A DNA stretch of 64,000 nt. Origin: Octopus sinensis (lineage: Eukaryota). The stretch spans positions 23,188,001 through 23,252,000 of the forward strand of contig NC_043001.1 in the NCBI RefSeq assembly GCF_006345805.1. Direction: 5' to 3'. Shown here piece after piece: positions 63,051 to 64,000 of this stretch. Both the position numbers and the translations under genes were made by a program. Each line of letters starts with the position of its first letter. Position 1 is the stretch's first letter. The notes beneath the pieces were generated by a model that saw nothing but the letters and a program-made list of their open reading frames with translations, had not been told where the DNA came from and made no database searches.

Positions 63051-63631
63051 AATCCATTACTGTTAGTCCAACAAAATACATTTTGTTGGACTAATGATTA
63101 TGGATTAAATGTTAATTCACTCTCAAACTTATCTTTGATTTCTTTATTTCAAGTGGCTGGATATAGCTTCTTTGAACTTCTCACTCCCTAGAGTACACAC
63201 ACACACACACACACAAACACGTGTGTGTGTGTGTGTGTGTGTGGCAAGGAAGAACATCATCAATTATATCAACTTCAGTATTCAACTGTGACTTATTTTA
63301 TCAGTTCTGGAAGGATAAAAGGCAAGGTGGGCCAGACAGGATTTGAACTCAAAACATACACACAGAGGTAACTAAATATTGCCAAACATATTATTCAATG
63401 CTTCACTGATTCTGCTGCACTCTAATGATTATGCTTACCAAATGAAAGAACAGGTGCAATTTGAATCAATGACTTTATTTTATTCTAGCCATAAACCACA
63501 TTGCTAATAGAATTATCTTCTGTGAATGGATATTTATTGATGGTGTGGTGGAATTATTAGAGCTTTGAATAAAATAACTTGTACTTATTCCAATTCTGAG
63601 TTCACTCATAACAACACTAGAGCTTAATATA

Positions 63632-64000
63632 TATTGGGTCATCCCATATTACAGTTTTTTATACTTCTTTATTTTTCAAAATTAAGATAAAAAAAGTTAT
63701 TTTTTAATCATAATACACTCTCTTTCATTTTCTACAATGCTCTTCCATCTAGACTTGCAAAGCCCCTCTTCCAAAATTCATTTGTCCATCATAAAAAATA
63801 CTCCTCTAGTACTATTCTGACCTCGTCTACAGAATTCATATTTTTTCCATCCAAATGATTTTGAAGACTGCGGAATAAATGATAATCAGATGGGGCAATG
63901 TCTGGCAAATATAGTGGGTGGGGCATCATTTCCCGTTCAAACTGCTCCAACCTTTGGAATGTCATCCTCGATGTATGTGGCCAAGCATTATCCTGTTGAA
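63632..64000 (-). pseudogene. mariner transposon 3' end (DD34D catalytic region and TIR), continuing past the window edge
   Basis: QQDNAWPHTSRMTFQRLEQFEREMMPHPLYLPDIAPSDYHLFRSLQNHLDGKK; TIR TA|ttgggtcatcccata at 63632. Confidence 0.92.

Noticed and set aside
1-64000. Conserved bilaterian microRNA genes
   Set aside because: I noticed no match to the common mature sequences I remember; this was not an exhaustive search and cannot exclude lineage-specific miRNAs.

Overview
Eukaryotic, AT-rich, repeat-dense genomic DNA. The SINE families and microsatellite style match what I recognise from octopus (coleoid cephalopod) genomes; this is an inference and the species cannot be fixed by eye. There are no intact long genes, rRNA/tRNA genes, CRISPR arrays or prokaryotic features, and most ORFs in the track are microsatellite or antisense-repeat artefacts. 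The window is best read as the 5' end of one large minus-strand host gene. It has a CpG-richer promoter-like region with two strong splice donors at about 61.1-62.1 kb, a ~58 kb intron-like stretch, and two or three splice-bounded exons at 11.9-12.0, 2.9-3.1 and 2.36-2.56 kb. The first coding bases are probably in the last of these, and the gene continues off the left edge. The intron-like stretch holds dozens of tRNA-derived SINEs, RTE and CR1 LINE pieces, a Penelope-like element, piggyBac/mariner/hAT relics and MITEs, and Helitron sequences. Most notable: (1) a Helitron relic whose ORF carries a complete OTU deubiquitinase fold, which the ORF track misses because an insertion splits it; (2) an ~830-bp telomere-repeat-containing foldback element, one arm of which also occurs alone with its own target-site duplication; (3) a CR1 LINE 3' end sharing a sequence block and a compensated stem-loop with the dominant SINE; (4) Penelope pseudo-LTRs with a family-wide variant hammerhead core; (5) a family of ~250-bp palindromes in (TA)n tracts, usually beside a fixed 75-bp module. 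All translations and coordinates were derived by hand and are approximate to a few bases unless stated.
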